From a virus, in IMG/VR virus record IMGVR_UViG_3300029240_000018, positions 1 to 45,667 of that record: a DNA stretch of 45,667 nt, one strand, 5' to 3'. This document shows, in pieces, positions 17,490 to 26,682 of this stretch. Position numbers and translations under genes: made by a program. The first letter of the stretch is position 1. Each line of letters begins with the position of its first letter. The notes below the pieces were generated by a model, which worked only from the letters and a program-made list of their open reading frames with translations, did no database searches and was not told the origin of the DNA.

Positions 17490-18443
17490 ATGGCATTAAC
17501 GATTGATGTTTTAAAGGCAAATGCGGCATTAGCCGGATTAACCGACGAACAATTGACAGCGATAACCACGTTATCAGTCAACGACGAAAATAGCGTAATA
17601 GCAAAGAAAACCGGGGAAATTTACGGCGGTTTGGATGCGGACATTTTAGCCGTTTCCGGTATCGCCAAGAACGGAACCGAAAAAACGTTTGATTACGCCA
17701 AACGAGTATTAACCGAGTTCAAAACCAAAGTTGAGGGCGCAAACGGTCTGCAATCACAGATTGACAGCCTAACCAAAGAAAAGGCACGTTTGGAAAAAGC
17801 CATTGCCGACGGTGCGACGGATGCGGAAACCGCAAAGGCATTGAAGCAAGCAAAGGCAGATTTGCAAAGCGTTACGACCCAATACAACGACCTCAAAACG
17901 AAATACGACCAAGCCGAACAAACCCACGCAAACGAGGTGTTCGGCATTCGTGTTGAAACGGCATTGCAGACCGCAACCGCCGGATTGAAGTTTAAGGCGG
18001 GATTGCCCGAAAGCGCAACAAAGGTGTTGTTAGGTCAAGCAATCGACAAAATCAAGGGTATGCACCCGGAATATATCGACGATGGCAAAGGCGGCAAAAT
18101 GTTAGCGTTTAAGGACGAAACCGGGGCGATTATGCGCAACCCGAACAATCAGTTGAACCCGTACACGCCCGGCGACCTGTTAACCCGTGAATTGGAAACA
18201 ATGGGTATATTAGACAAAGGACGCCAAGCGGCGGGCGGCGGAACAATCCCCCCGGCGGGCGGCGGCGGTGCGGGCGGTAACATTACCGTTGATATATCCG
18301 GTGCAAAAACAAGGGTTGAGGCATACGACGCAATTAGTGCGACGTTGGAACAACAGGGGTTAAAAGTCGGAACGGCTGAATTTGACGCCGGAATGCAACA
18401 AGCATGGAAAGACAACAATATTTCCGCATTACCGGAAAAGTAA
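17490..18443 (+). CDS. Putative scaffolding protein
   Basis: 317 aa with a coiled-coil middle and a Gly-rich segment, immediately upstream of the capsid gene. Confidence 0.55.
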   Translation: MALTIDVLKANAALAGLTDEQLTAITTLSVNDENSVIAKKTGEIYGGLDADILAVSGIAKNGTEKTFDYAKRVLTEFKTKVEGANGLQSQIDSLTKEKARLEKAIADGATDAETAKALKQAKADLQSVTTQYNDLKTKYDQAEQTHANEVFGIRVETALQTATAGLKFKAGLPESATKVLLGQAIDKIKGMHPEYIDDGKGGKMLAFKDETGAIMRNPNNQLNPYTPGDLLTRELETMGILDKGRQAAGGGTIPPAGGGGAGGNITVDISGAKTRVEAYDAISATLEQQGLKVGTAEFDAGMQQAWKDNNISALPEK

Positions 18444-18500
18444 AAGACAACACGGGTAAAGGGTAAACCCGCATTTATAAACAATTTAATTTTTTAAACA

Positions 18501-19607
18501 ATGAGTTTAATAGCAACGAGAGTACAGAATTGGCGGATAGAAAACCCGGAATTAGACCGTAATATGTTCCGCCCGTGTGAGTACGGCGCATTGGATTTCT
18601 TCATTGAGCAAACCAACGCCCCCAACTCAATTATTAGCCCTAATTTGAGAGATAGGGCATTAGTAAGTATCGGTAACACGGTACAAGTTCCTGTTATCAA
18701 TTACGACGAAAACGTACAGGTTAGCAACGTGCGTTCGTGCGTTATTGCCGATAACGAAAATACGTCCGCATTGGTAACGCTTGTTTGGGCGACTTATGCA
18801 ATTGGTTTTACAATGGTTCCGGCGGCTTATTCCAACAACGAAATTTCGTACAATCACGACTTTATGCGTAAAATGGAAAAGACGACACGGGCGTTGGCAA
18901 ATACTTTGGACGCCGGGGCGGTTGCCGCATTGGAAGCAAACAAAACACAGGTGTTCAAAACATTGCTCAATTATACGCAAACGGGTAACGTGGTACAGGT
19001 TCCAACCCAAATGGCAACCGAGATTTTGGGCGACATTAACCCGATTATGCGGGCGAATTGTTACCCCGAATATATCCATTTGATTGCAAACGCCGGGGTT
19101 GATAGCCTTATCCGCAAGTTGGCGCAACATGGCGTTTACAATGACGTTAACAAGCGTATGGAGTACGACAACAAAGTATTGCATTACACCAACAATGTAA
19201 CGGATGAAGCGGGCAAAATGGGAACAATGTTTGCAGTTGCCGACGGAAACGTTGGTATCTTAACACGTGTTGACCGTGAAGCATACCGCCGCACCCGTGC
19301 GAATTTCCACGAATGGGACATTGTACGATTGCCGTACATTGATTTGCCCGTTGGTTCGCATTATTACACCGCCGTTGGCGACCAATCCGCAATTATGGGG
19401 GATGCGACCGCCGATTTGACGTGTGCGGTTAAGGAGTATTTCGGGTTTAGCGTTGATGTTGCCTACATGGTAGCGTATAACAGCAACCCGGACACCGTGG
19501 CAAACCCAATTATCAAAGCCGAGATTGCCGCACGCAATCCAAACGAACCGTTGGGAATGCCTGTATATGTAACCAACGCCGGGGAATTTCCCGCCGGGGG
19601 CGCATAA
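18501..19607 (+). CDS. Putative major capsid protein
   Basis: 368 aa. It follows the scaffold-like gene and is followed by the strongest internal terminator. Confidence 0.65.
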   Translation: MSLIATRVQNWRIENPELDRNMFRPCEYGALDFFIEQTNAPNSIISPNLRDRALVSIGNTVQVPVINYDENVQVSNVRSCVIADNENTSALVTLVWATYAIGFTMVPAAYSNNEISYNHDFMRKMEKTTRALANTLDAGAVAALEANKTQVFKTLLNYTQTGNVVQVPTQMATEILGDINPIMRANCYPEYIHLIANAGVDSLIRKLAQHGVYNDVNKRMEYDNKVLHYTNNVTDEAGKMGTMFAVADGNVGILTRVDREAYRRTRANFHEWDIVRLPYIDLPVGSHYYTAVGDQSAIMGDATADLTCAVKEYFGFSVDVAYMVAYNSNPDTVANPIIKAEIAARNPNEPLGMPVYVTNAGEFPAGGA

Positions 19608-19636
19608 TCCGAAAGACGGAACAATTATTTAACCGA

Positions 19637-19669
19637 GGGGACGGGGTGGTTATTCCCCGCCCCCTTTTT
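19637..19669 (+). terminator. Rho-independent terminator after the capsid gene
   Basis: Stem GGGGACGGGG / CCCCGCCCCC (one mismatch), an 8-nt loop, then TTTTT. Confidence 0.8.
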
Positions 19670-19682
19670 AATTTTACGCAGT

Positions 19683-21005
19683 ATGTACCGGATTAAAGAG
19701 ATACAAGATAAATTATTAAACGTCGTCGGTTGGGAACAATCATATAATCCCGCCGAGGCAATCGCCGAACGGTTGACGGAAACCAAAAGCGGGTTATATT
19801 TTCAAGGGGCGCACCCCCTTGTTACGTTGGATAACATGGCGGCAATCGTCCCGGACAATTGGGGGTATCAATACCCGGATTGGAACGATACAACCCCGTA
19901 CACAGCCGGAAAAGTTGTACATTACGCCAACGATGCGGCGGGCAATAAAAAGTATTGGGCGGCTTTGGTTGATAACGTCGCCGAGGTTCCCGCCGAGGGT
20001 TCGACATTTTGGGAGCCTTACAATATCTTATCGGATTATTTGGAGCGTTTGACCCGCAACGGAATTTCCACGGCGGTACAAACGTTTACCCAAATAAAGG
20101 GGTTGGATAAGGAAACAAAGAACCTTTTGGAGCGTCGCACGTTCTTTGATGGTGCGGGACGTATCAGAGCAACCCAACCGAACGCACATAAATTGGTAGG
20201 CTTTGAGATTATCCCGGTGCGGGCGATGGGAGTAACCGCACAAATACACCGGGTTGGCTTACAAATGACAGGCGGAACCGGGATTGTTAAGTTGTATTTG
20301 TTCCATAGTTCACAGATTGACCCGATAAAGACATTTGATTTGAATTTCACGTTAACAAACGGCGGTTTTCAATGGTTTAATTTAGACGAATGTTATTTGC
20401 CATATATCAGCGATGCCAACAACGCCGGGGGTGCGTGGTTCCTTTGTTACAACCAAGACGATTTACCCGCCGGGATGCAAGCAATTAACGTGTCGAAAGA
20501 TTGGAGCGGCGAACCGTGCGGAACGTGTACCGGGTACGGCAATATTGAGGCGTGGCGACAATTGACAAAGTATTTGCAGATTTCCCCGTTTATGTACAAC
20601 GCCCCGGAAACATTCGCAGAATACCCGGAGTTGTGGGATATAGCCTATACGATGTACACAAATACGCTTAATTACGGGTTGAATTGTGAAATTACCGTAG
20701 GTTGTGATTTAACGGATTTTATCGTTGAACAACGGGCGATATTCCAAACCGTTATACAACGACAGGTTGCCGCAATCGCTTTGCGAACGTTGGCAATGAA
20801 CCCCAATGTACGGGTTAACCGGAACCAATCCAACGCCTCTAAAATGGATATATTGTACGAGTTGGACGGCAATGTTGAGGGGCGACCCGGCGGTTTGGGT
20901 TATGACCTTAAAAAAGCGTATGAGGCTTTGCGATTAGATACACAAGGAATTGACCGCATTTGTTTGAGTTGCAACAACCGGGGCGTTAAATACCGGACAA
21001 CATAA
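19683..21005 (+). CDS. Hypothetical structural protein with a CBM5/12-like aromatic motif
   Basis: 440 aa containing W-x…YTAGKVVHYANDAAGNKKYWAAL…FWEPY. Confidence 0.5.
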   Translation: MYRIKEIQDKLLNVVGWEQSYNPAEAIAERLTETKSGLYFQGAHPLVTLDNMAAIVPDNWGYQYPDWNDTTPYTAGKVVHYANDAAGNKKYWAALVDNVAEVPAEGSTFWEPYNILSDYLERLTRNGISTAVQTFTQIKGLDKETKNLLERRTFFDGAGRIRATQPNAHKLVGFEIIPVRAMGVTAQIHRVGLQMTGGTGIVKLYLFHSSQIDPIKTFDLNFTLTNGGFQWFNLDECYLPYISDANNAGGAWFLCYNQDDLPAGMQAINVSKDWSGEPCGTCTGYGNIEAWRQLTKYLQISPFMYNAPETFAEYPELWDIAYTMYTNTLNYGLNCEITVGCDLTDFIVEQRAIFQTVIQRQVAAIALRTLAMNPNVRVNRNQSNASKMDILYELDGNVEGRPGGLGYDLKKAYEALRLDTQGIDRICLSCNNRGVKYRTT

Positions 21006-21012
21006 TTGCACG

Positions 21013-21489
21013 ATGGCGGGGTTACAATCAATAATTGATTTACGCAACCGGGTTAATACATTTAACGACGGGTTGACGTCCGGGTTGATTATACGGGACA
21101 TAATCGACGACGGATTAACAACGGCGTTTATCATTGACGCCAACGCCGAGGAACAATTATTTGAGCAGGGTATTAACCGATTGGGCGTTGATATAATGGA
21201 TTACCGACCATATACCCCGTTAACGATAGCCATAAAGGAGGAAAAGGGACAACCGACGAACCGGGTAACGTTGCGGGATGAGGGCGATTTTGAGAGTAGT
21301 TTTTATTTGGAAGTCGGCGACAAACAATTTGAAATTAAGGCGTCGGATTTCAAGACGGAAGATTTGATAAAAAAGTACGGGCGGCAAATATTGGGGTTGA
21401 CGAATGAAAACATTGCTAAATTGATTTGGCAATACGTTTACCCGGATTTGCTAACCAAAGCAAAAAAAACAATATACGGTAATGGATAG
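21013..21489 (+). CDS. Hypothetical structural protein
   Basis: 158 aa in the head-tail/tail region. Confidence 0.5.
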   Translation: MAGLQSIIDLRNRVNTFNDGLTSGLIIRDIIDDGLTTAFIIDANAEEQLFEQGINRLGVDIMDYRPYTPLTIAIKEEKGQPTNRVTLRDEGDFESSFYLEVGDKQFEIKASDFKTEDLIKKYGRQILGLTNENIAKLIWQYVYPDLLTKAKKTIYGNG

Positions 21490-22051
21490 AGTACCAATTA
21501 TAAAGAACCCGGAGTTATTCGACCGGGTTATTGCCAATATACAAAAAGGGTTGGCGGACGGGTTGCCGTGGCTTAACTATTCGTTCGGACGGGCGGAACG
21601 GTTGGTTAAATCCATACAGGGCAAACGGTATTATACCCCCAATATTTACGTTGGCGGCAATGAATATATGTTGATTGCCCCGGATAGTAAGATTGGGAAT
21701 TTTTCGTTTTTCGTGTTGGACGACCCGCAACAAATTGATTGGTTCCCCGGCGAACAAAACAAATATACAACGCCGTTTTCGGTTATCTTTTGGTTTGATA
21801 TGCGGACGATAACCAACGATGCCAACAACCGGAACACGGAGGCGGTCAAACAGGAAATTATGAGAGTATTAAACGGGGGTATATGGTTACGTTCGGGTTC
21901 CATGAAAATAAACAGAGTGTACGCAAAGGCGGAAAACATATTTGCCGGGTTCACTTTGGACGAAATAGACAACCAATTTTTAATGCACCCGTTCGCCGGG
22001 TTCCGGTTCGCCGGGGAATTGGGAATTGATGAAACGTGTTTAACGCAGTAA
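21482..22051 (+). CDS. Hypothetical structural protein
   Basis: 189 aa. It overlaps the upstream stop. Confidence 0.5.
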   Translation: MDRVPIIKNPELFDRVIANIQKGLADGLPWLNYSFGRAERLVKSIQGKRYYTPNIYVGGNEYMLIAPDSKIGNFSFFVLDDPQQIDWFPGEQNKYTTPFSVIFWFDMRTITNDANNRNTEAVKQEIMRVLNGGIWLRSGSMKINRVYAKAENIFAGFTLDEIDNQFLMHPFAGFRFAGELGIDETCLTQ

Positions 22052-22062
22052 ATTTATAGAGA

Positions 22063-22320
22063 ATGAAAGCATTTTTATTTTATACGGTCGTAACCGCTTT
22101 GGTCGCCGCCTTTGGTTTGACCTTGTTACGCAAATGGGGGGTCGTTGAATGGGTACAGGTTCACGGCAACGAGTTTTTCGCAAAGATGTTTAATTGCGAT
22201 TTCTGTTTGTCCTTTTGGGCGGGGTTGGCTTTGTCAATCCTATTTGTGTTTATAACCGGGAACCCGGCATTGTTGTTGGTTCCTTTTTGTTCCACTATGA
22301 TAACCCGTTATTTGCTATGA
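22063..22320 (+). CDS. Small membrane protein, DUF1360-like
   Basis: 85 aa with two or three hydrophobic helices and a CDFCLSFW motif resembling the CxxCxSxW motif of DUF1360. Confidence 0.45.
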   Translation: MKAFLFYTVVTALVAAFGLTLLRKWGVVEWVQVHGNEFFAKMFNCDFCLSFWAGLALSILFVFITGNPALLLVPFCSTMITRYLL

Positions 22321-23090
22321 GAACCGTTAAAATTGGAGAACATACCGTTGAGATATACGACGCAATAGACGATTTGCCAATGTTGCGATTTCATAAGTAC
22401 AACAAAATGTTGTTAGTTGACGCCGGGATTGGTTCCGATTTGGCAGATTTCGACACGCATATTGAAAAGGCGATGCGATACGCCCGGAGTAAAACCCCGG
22501 AATTGGCGGCAATCGAATTGGATAATATGCGGCAAAACGTGTATTTCATTCAAACGGGGATAAGCCCGAAACATTTAGCCTTTGCCGTGTTGGTTAAGAC
22601 AATCGACGGGGAGCCGTTCAACGATTTGTCGGACGATGGATTACAAAAGGTCGTCGATATGTTCGGGGACGTCCCGGTTAAAGAGTTGACCGCCCAAATT
22701 GAGGCGGTCAAAAAAAAAATAGATGAAGAATTGCAAATGTATTTCCCCCGGTTGTTCGATGATGCCACGGTTAAAGAGTATTACGACGAATTACGTAGCC
22801 GGACAATGTTAATGTTGGATGCGATAATTAACGGCGATACAGAGGACAAACGGGCGGAAATTGAGAGAATAACAACGGCGTTGTTGCTTTATAGTCGCCC
22901 GGTTGTTTTCAGTGGTTCCGATAACATGGAAATTCAGTACGATAAACAGTTTGAAAATATGTGTTTAACGATTTCCCAATATTTACACGTGCCGGAACCA
23001 AAGAAATACACCGTTTTAGAATATTACAACGCATTTGAGCGTATAAAGGAGTTGTTGAAACCAACCAAAAATAAAAAAGGCGTCAAATAA
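22317..23090 (+). CDS. Hypothetical protein (tail assembly chaperone by position)
   Basis: ATG 22317 forms an ATGA overlap. It lies directly upstream of the tape measure gene. Confidence 0.4.
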   Translation: MRTVKIGEHTVEIYDAIDDLPMLRFHKYNKMLLVDAGIGSDLADFDTHIEKAMRYARSKTPELAAIELDNMRQNVYFIQTGISPKHLAFAVLVKTIDGEPFNDLSDDGLQKVVDMFGDVPVKELTAQIEAVKKKIDEELQMYFPRLFDDATVKEYYDELRSRTMLMLDAIINGDTEDKRAEIERITTALLLYSRPVVFSGSDNMEIQYDKQFENMCLTISQYLHVPEPKKYTVLEYYNAFERIKELLKPTKNKKGVK

Positions 23091-23186
23091 GGCGATTTCC
23101 GGCGTTGTTTTTCTTTGGTTGAATAACTACATTAAAAAGAAAAGATAATTGAACACGGGGCAAATTGCCCGCAAATAACGTTAAGT

Positions 23187-26100
23187 ATGGCAGATAATAA
23201 CAACCCAATAAAATATAGCGACCTTGTAAAGCCGGACGATAGTATTACAAAGTTGATTGCGCAATTAGACCAATTGAGCGACGCATATATGAATACGTTG
23301 CAAAATATCAAGTCGGAGGCAATCACGGTTAAGGCGGCATTGGATGGCGTAAGCGGTGCAACCGAAAGCGGACGTAAGACGATACGGGGGGCGTCGAATG
23401 ATACCGACAAATTAACACGGGCGGCACGGGATTTGGCGTTTGCCGAAAGTGAGAACGCAAAGCGTTTGGCAGAATTGAAGCAAGCCCAAAAGGAGGCGAA
23501 CGAATTAAACAAGTTAACGACCCGGTTAAACCAATCCGCCGAGGGTTCATATAATCGGTTATCGGCGCAATACTCAATCAATAAAATATACCTCAATAAT
23601 ATGACGGTTGAGGAAAGAGAGGCAACCGCCGAGGGGCGCAAATTGGTTGAGGAAACAAAAGCAATTTACGACGAAATGAAACGGTTACAGGAGGCAACCG
23701 GGAAAACGTCGTTAAACGTTGGTAATTATTCCGATGCCGCCAAAGGTTTAACAACCCAAATAGAGAACCAAACAAAGCAATTGGCGTTGTTGCGTTTGGA
23801 GGGCAAACAAGGCACGGCGGAATATCAGCAATTGAGCAAAGAAACCGCAATATTACGGGATGCGGTCAAGGATGCAACCGCCGAGATTACCCGCATGGCG
23901 TCCGATACGTCCAATTTGGATGCCGTGTTAAGTTTTGCGGCGGGTGCGTCCGGTGGGTTTGCTGCATTTACCGGGGCAATGGAGTTGTTCGGAAGTGAAA
24001 GCGAGGAAGTACAGGAAGCACAAAAGAAATTACAAGCGGCAATAGCCATTACAACCGGGGTGCAAGCCATACAAAACGCCGTGCAAAAGCAATCGGCAAT
24101 CATGTTGGGTATTTCCCGGCTACAAATGGCGGCTTTGAGTAAGGCACAAGTATATAACCGCCTTGTTACCATGCAAGGCACAAAGGCAACGTTGGCGGCT
24201 ACAATTGCGCAAAAGGCGTTCAATCTTATTGCCGCCGCAAATCCTTATGTTCTTTTGGCATTGGCTTTGGTTACGGTCGTGGGTGCATTGGTATTGTTTG
24301 CCTCTAATACGGATAAATCGGCAAAGAACCAACAAAAACTAAACGAGGCGCAAAAGGTTTGGTTGGATTATTTGGAAACCGAGGCAACCGAAATGAACCG
24401 AGTTAGCAACGAACGTGTCGCCCAATTAAACCGGGAATTAAACATTGCCAAAGCCCGGAACGCCGGGTTGAGTGAAACCCGAAAAATTGAGGACGAAATA
24501 TTAGCCGAACGCACAAAGGCGCATAATAAAAGCGTTGGTTTTTATGGCAAAGAATTAGACGATTTGGAGGCAAACCGCAAAAAGTTGAAACAACTAAACG
24601 AAATGTTGGTACAACTCAATAACGCCAAAGCCCGTGGAGATAAGAAAGTTTATATTGATGTTGATTTAGACGGTAAAATTGATAAAGTCAAGGTTGACGA
24701 AGCGATTGACGCCGTACAGGGTCAAATAGATAATACCGGGCGGGCGGTTGACATTGCGGTTAATCTGAAAACCGAGGGGGCGGATTTGGACGCCGAAAGA
24801 AAGATACAAACCGCCCAAAGGTTACAGCAAAACCGGGATGCCGCCAAAGCGGAAACCGATATATTGCGCAAAGCCGAGGACGCCCGGATTGCCTTAATTA
24901 AAAACACGTTCGACCAACAACGGGCGCAACGTCAAGCCGCCAACGCCCGTGCGATTGCTGACATACAATTGCAGTTAAGAACCGAAACGAATTTGTCCGT
25001 TAAGGCACGCAAAGCCCTAAACGAACAAATTGTTTTATTACGGGAACAATTGGCGGTTGATATGGTAGATATTGCCAACCAACAACGGGCGGCGGAATTA
25101 TCAGCGCAACGGGCAACACAGGACGCCCAAATTGCATTAATGGTAGAGGGGGCGGAAAAGCAACGGGAACAATTGCGGGTTGAGTATGAAAGACAAATAC
25201 AGGACATTAATACCCGGTTGGAAACTGAAAAGGGATTAACCGAGGCGCAAACGACCGAGTTGTTAAACCAACAAATCCTTTTGCAACAACAATATGCAAA
25301 GAGTTTGGGAGAATTGAACGACCAAATTACAATTAACCAAATGCAAGCCGCCGCCGACCGGACGCAATTACAATTAGACGCCGTTCGTGAGGGTTCACAG
25401 GAGGAAATAAATTTGCGTATTCAGTTGTTACAGCAACAACGGGCAATCGAATTGGCACAAAACAGGCAATTAGCCGAGGACGTCCGCCAATCCGAGGCGG
25501 ATATTAACGCCAAATATGATGCCGAGGTATTGAAGCAAACGACCGAGTTAAACCAACAACGGGCGTTAATGCTATTCGACCAAACGCAAGCGTTGGAGGC
25601 GTCGGAGTTTGATTTAATCCGTAATTCAGAGGAACGCAAAACCCGGTTCCGGTTGGCGCAAGAAAAGGCACGGTTGCAAAAGATTTTAGAGTTGAACAAA
25701 GCCGCCGGGGTTAAAATGACGGATGCCGAGGTTAAGACAATCGAAAATACCATTGCGAAAATTAACCAAGAAATTGAGAAAAGCAAAGGCGACGAACGGG
25801 GTAACGACATATACGGGTTGTTTGGGCTGAATTTGGACGACGACCAAAAGGAGGCAATAAGTACGTCCGTATCGTTTGCCATTGAGCAATTAAATAGTTT
25901 CTTAGATGCAAAGGTACAAGCCGCCGACGCCGCCGTTTCCGCCGCCGACAAAGAGGTTGACGCAAGCCAACGCCGATTAGATGCGGAATTAGAGGCACGG
26001 GCGAACGGTTACGCCAATAACGTTGCAATGGCGCAAAAGGAGTTAGACCAAGCGAAAAAGAACCAAGAAAAAGCCCTAAAGGAGCAACAAAAGGCACAAA

Positions 26101-26681
26101 AGGCACAGGCGGCAATACAGACGATACAACAAATTGGCAACCTTGTAACGGCGTCCGCTTTGATTTGGTCGCAATTGGGGTTCCCGTTTGCAATCCCGGC
26201 TATTGCGGTAATGTGGGGTTCCTTTGCAGCCTCTAAAATCAAAGCCGCCCAATTATCGAAAACGGCAAACGCCGGGGGTTCCGAAAGTTACGGGGATGGA
26301 ACGGTTGAGTTATTGGGGGGCGGTTCCCACCAATCCGGGGACGATGTGGATTTAGGAACCAAACCGGATGGAACCCGGAGGCGTGCCGAGGGCGGGGAAT
26401 TTTTCGCCGTTATCAATAAACGCAATTCCCGCCGTTTCCGTCGTCTAATCCCGGACGTTATTAATAGTTTGAACCGTGGGACATTTCCGCAAAAATACCT
26501 TAACGCCTACAATACGGACGGCGTAAACGTAACGGTTCAACAAAACAACGCCCCGGATTTGCGAGATTTGAAAGACGATGTAAGGGAGATTAAAGAGCAA
26601 AACCGCCGTCGCCGTTATGTTGACGGCAACGGTAATGTTATTGAAGTTTACAAGAATTTGACACGTAAAATAAAAAAATAG
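23187..26681 (+). CDS. Tail tape measure protein
   Basis: 1164 aa. It is long and Q/A/E/K-rich with coiled coils, and has hydrophobic segments at roughly aa 255-370 and 990-1010. Confidence 0.9.
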   Translation: MADNNNPIKYSDLVKPDDSITKLIAQLDQLSDAYMNTLQNIKSEAITVKAALDGVSGATESGRKTIRGASNDTDKLTRAARDLAFAESENAKRLAELKQAQKEANELNKLTTRLNQSAEGSYNRLSAQYSINKIYLNNMTVEEREATAEGRKLVEETKAIYDEMKRLQEATGKTSLNVGNYSDAAKGLTTQIENQTKQLALLRLEGKQGTAEYQQLSKETAILRDAVKDATAEITRMASDTSNLDAVLSFAAGASGGFAAFTGAMELFGSESEEVQEAQKKLQAAIAITTGVQAIQNAVQKQSAIMLGISRLQMAALSKAQVYNRLVTMQGTKATLAATIAQKAFNLIAAANPYVLLALALVTVVGALVLFASNTDKSAKNQQKLNEAQKVWLDYLETEATEMNRVSNERVAQLNRELNIAKARNAGLSETRKIEDEILAERTKAHNKSVGFYGKELDDLEANRKKLKQLNEMLVQLNNAKARGDKKVYIDVDLDGKIDKVKVDEAIDAVQGQIDNTGRAVDIAVNLKTEGADLDAERKIQTAQRLQQNRDAAKAETDILRKAEDARIALIKNTFDQQRAQRQAANARAIADIQLQLRTETNLSVKARKALNEQIVLLREQLAVDMVDIANQQRAAELSAQRATQDAQIALMVEGAEKQREQLRVEYERQIQDINTRLETEKGLTEAQTTELLNQQILLQQQYAKSLGELNDQITINQMQAAADRTQLQLDAVREGSQEEINLRIQLLQQQRAIELAQNRQLAEDVRQSEADINAKYDAEVLKQTTELNQQRALMLFDQTQALEASEFDLIRNSEERKTRFRLAQEKARLQKILELNKAAGVKMTDAEVKTIENTIAKINQEIEKSKGDERGNDIYGLFGLNLDDDQKEAISTSVSFAIEQLNSFLDAKVQAADAAVSAADKEVDASQRRLDAELEARANGYANNVAMAQKELDQAKKNQEKALKEQQKAQKAQAAIQTIQQIGNLVTASALIWSQLGFPFAIPAIAVMWGSFAASKIKAAQLSKTANAGGSESYGDGTVELLGGGSHQSGDDVDLGTKPDGTRRRAEGGEFFAVINKRNSRRFRRLIPDVINSLNRGTFPQKYLNAYNTDGVNVTVQQNNAPDLRDLKDDVREIKEQNRRRRYVDGNGNVIEVYKNLTRKIKK

Positions 26682-26682
26682 T

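Noticed and set aside
22710-22719. A10 homopolymer in the gene upstream of the tape measure, considered as a programmed frameshift (G/GT-type) site
   Set aside because: The -1 frame hits a stop within a few codons (…AAT AGA TGA) and the +1 frame hits TAG immediately, so no extended product is possible. It could still be a slippage-prone tract, but there is no evidence for that.
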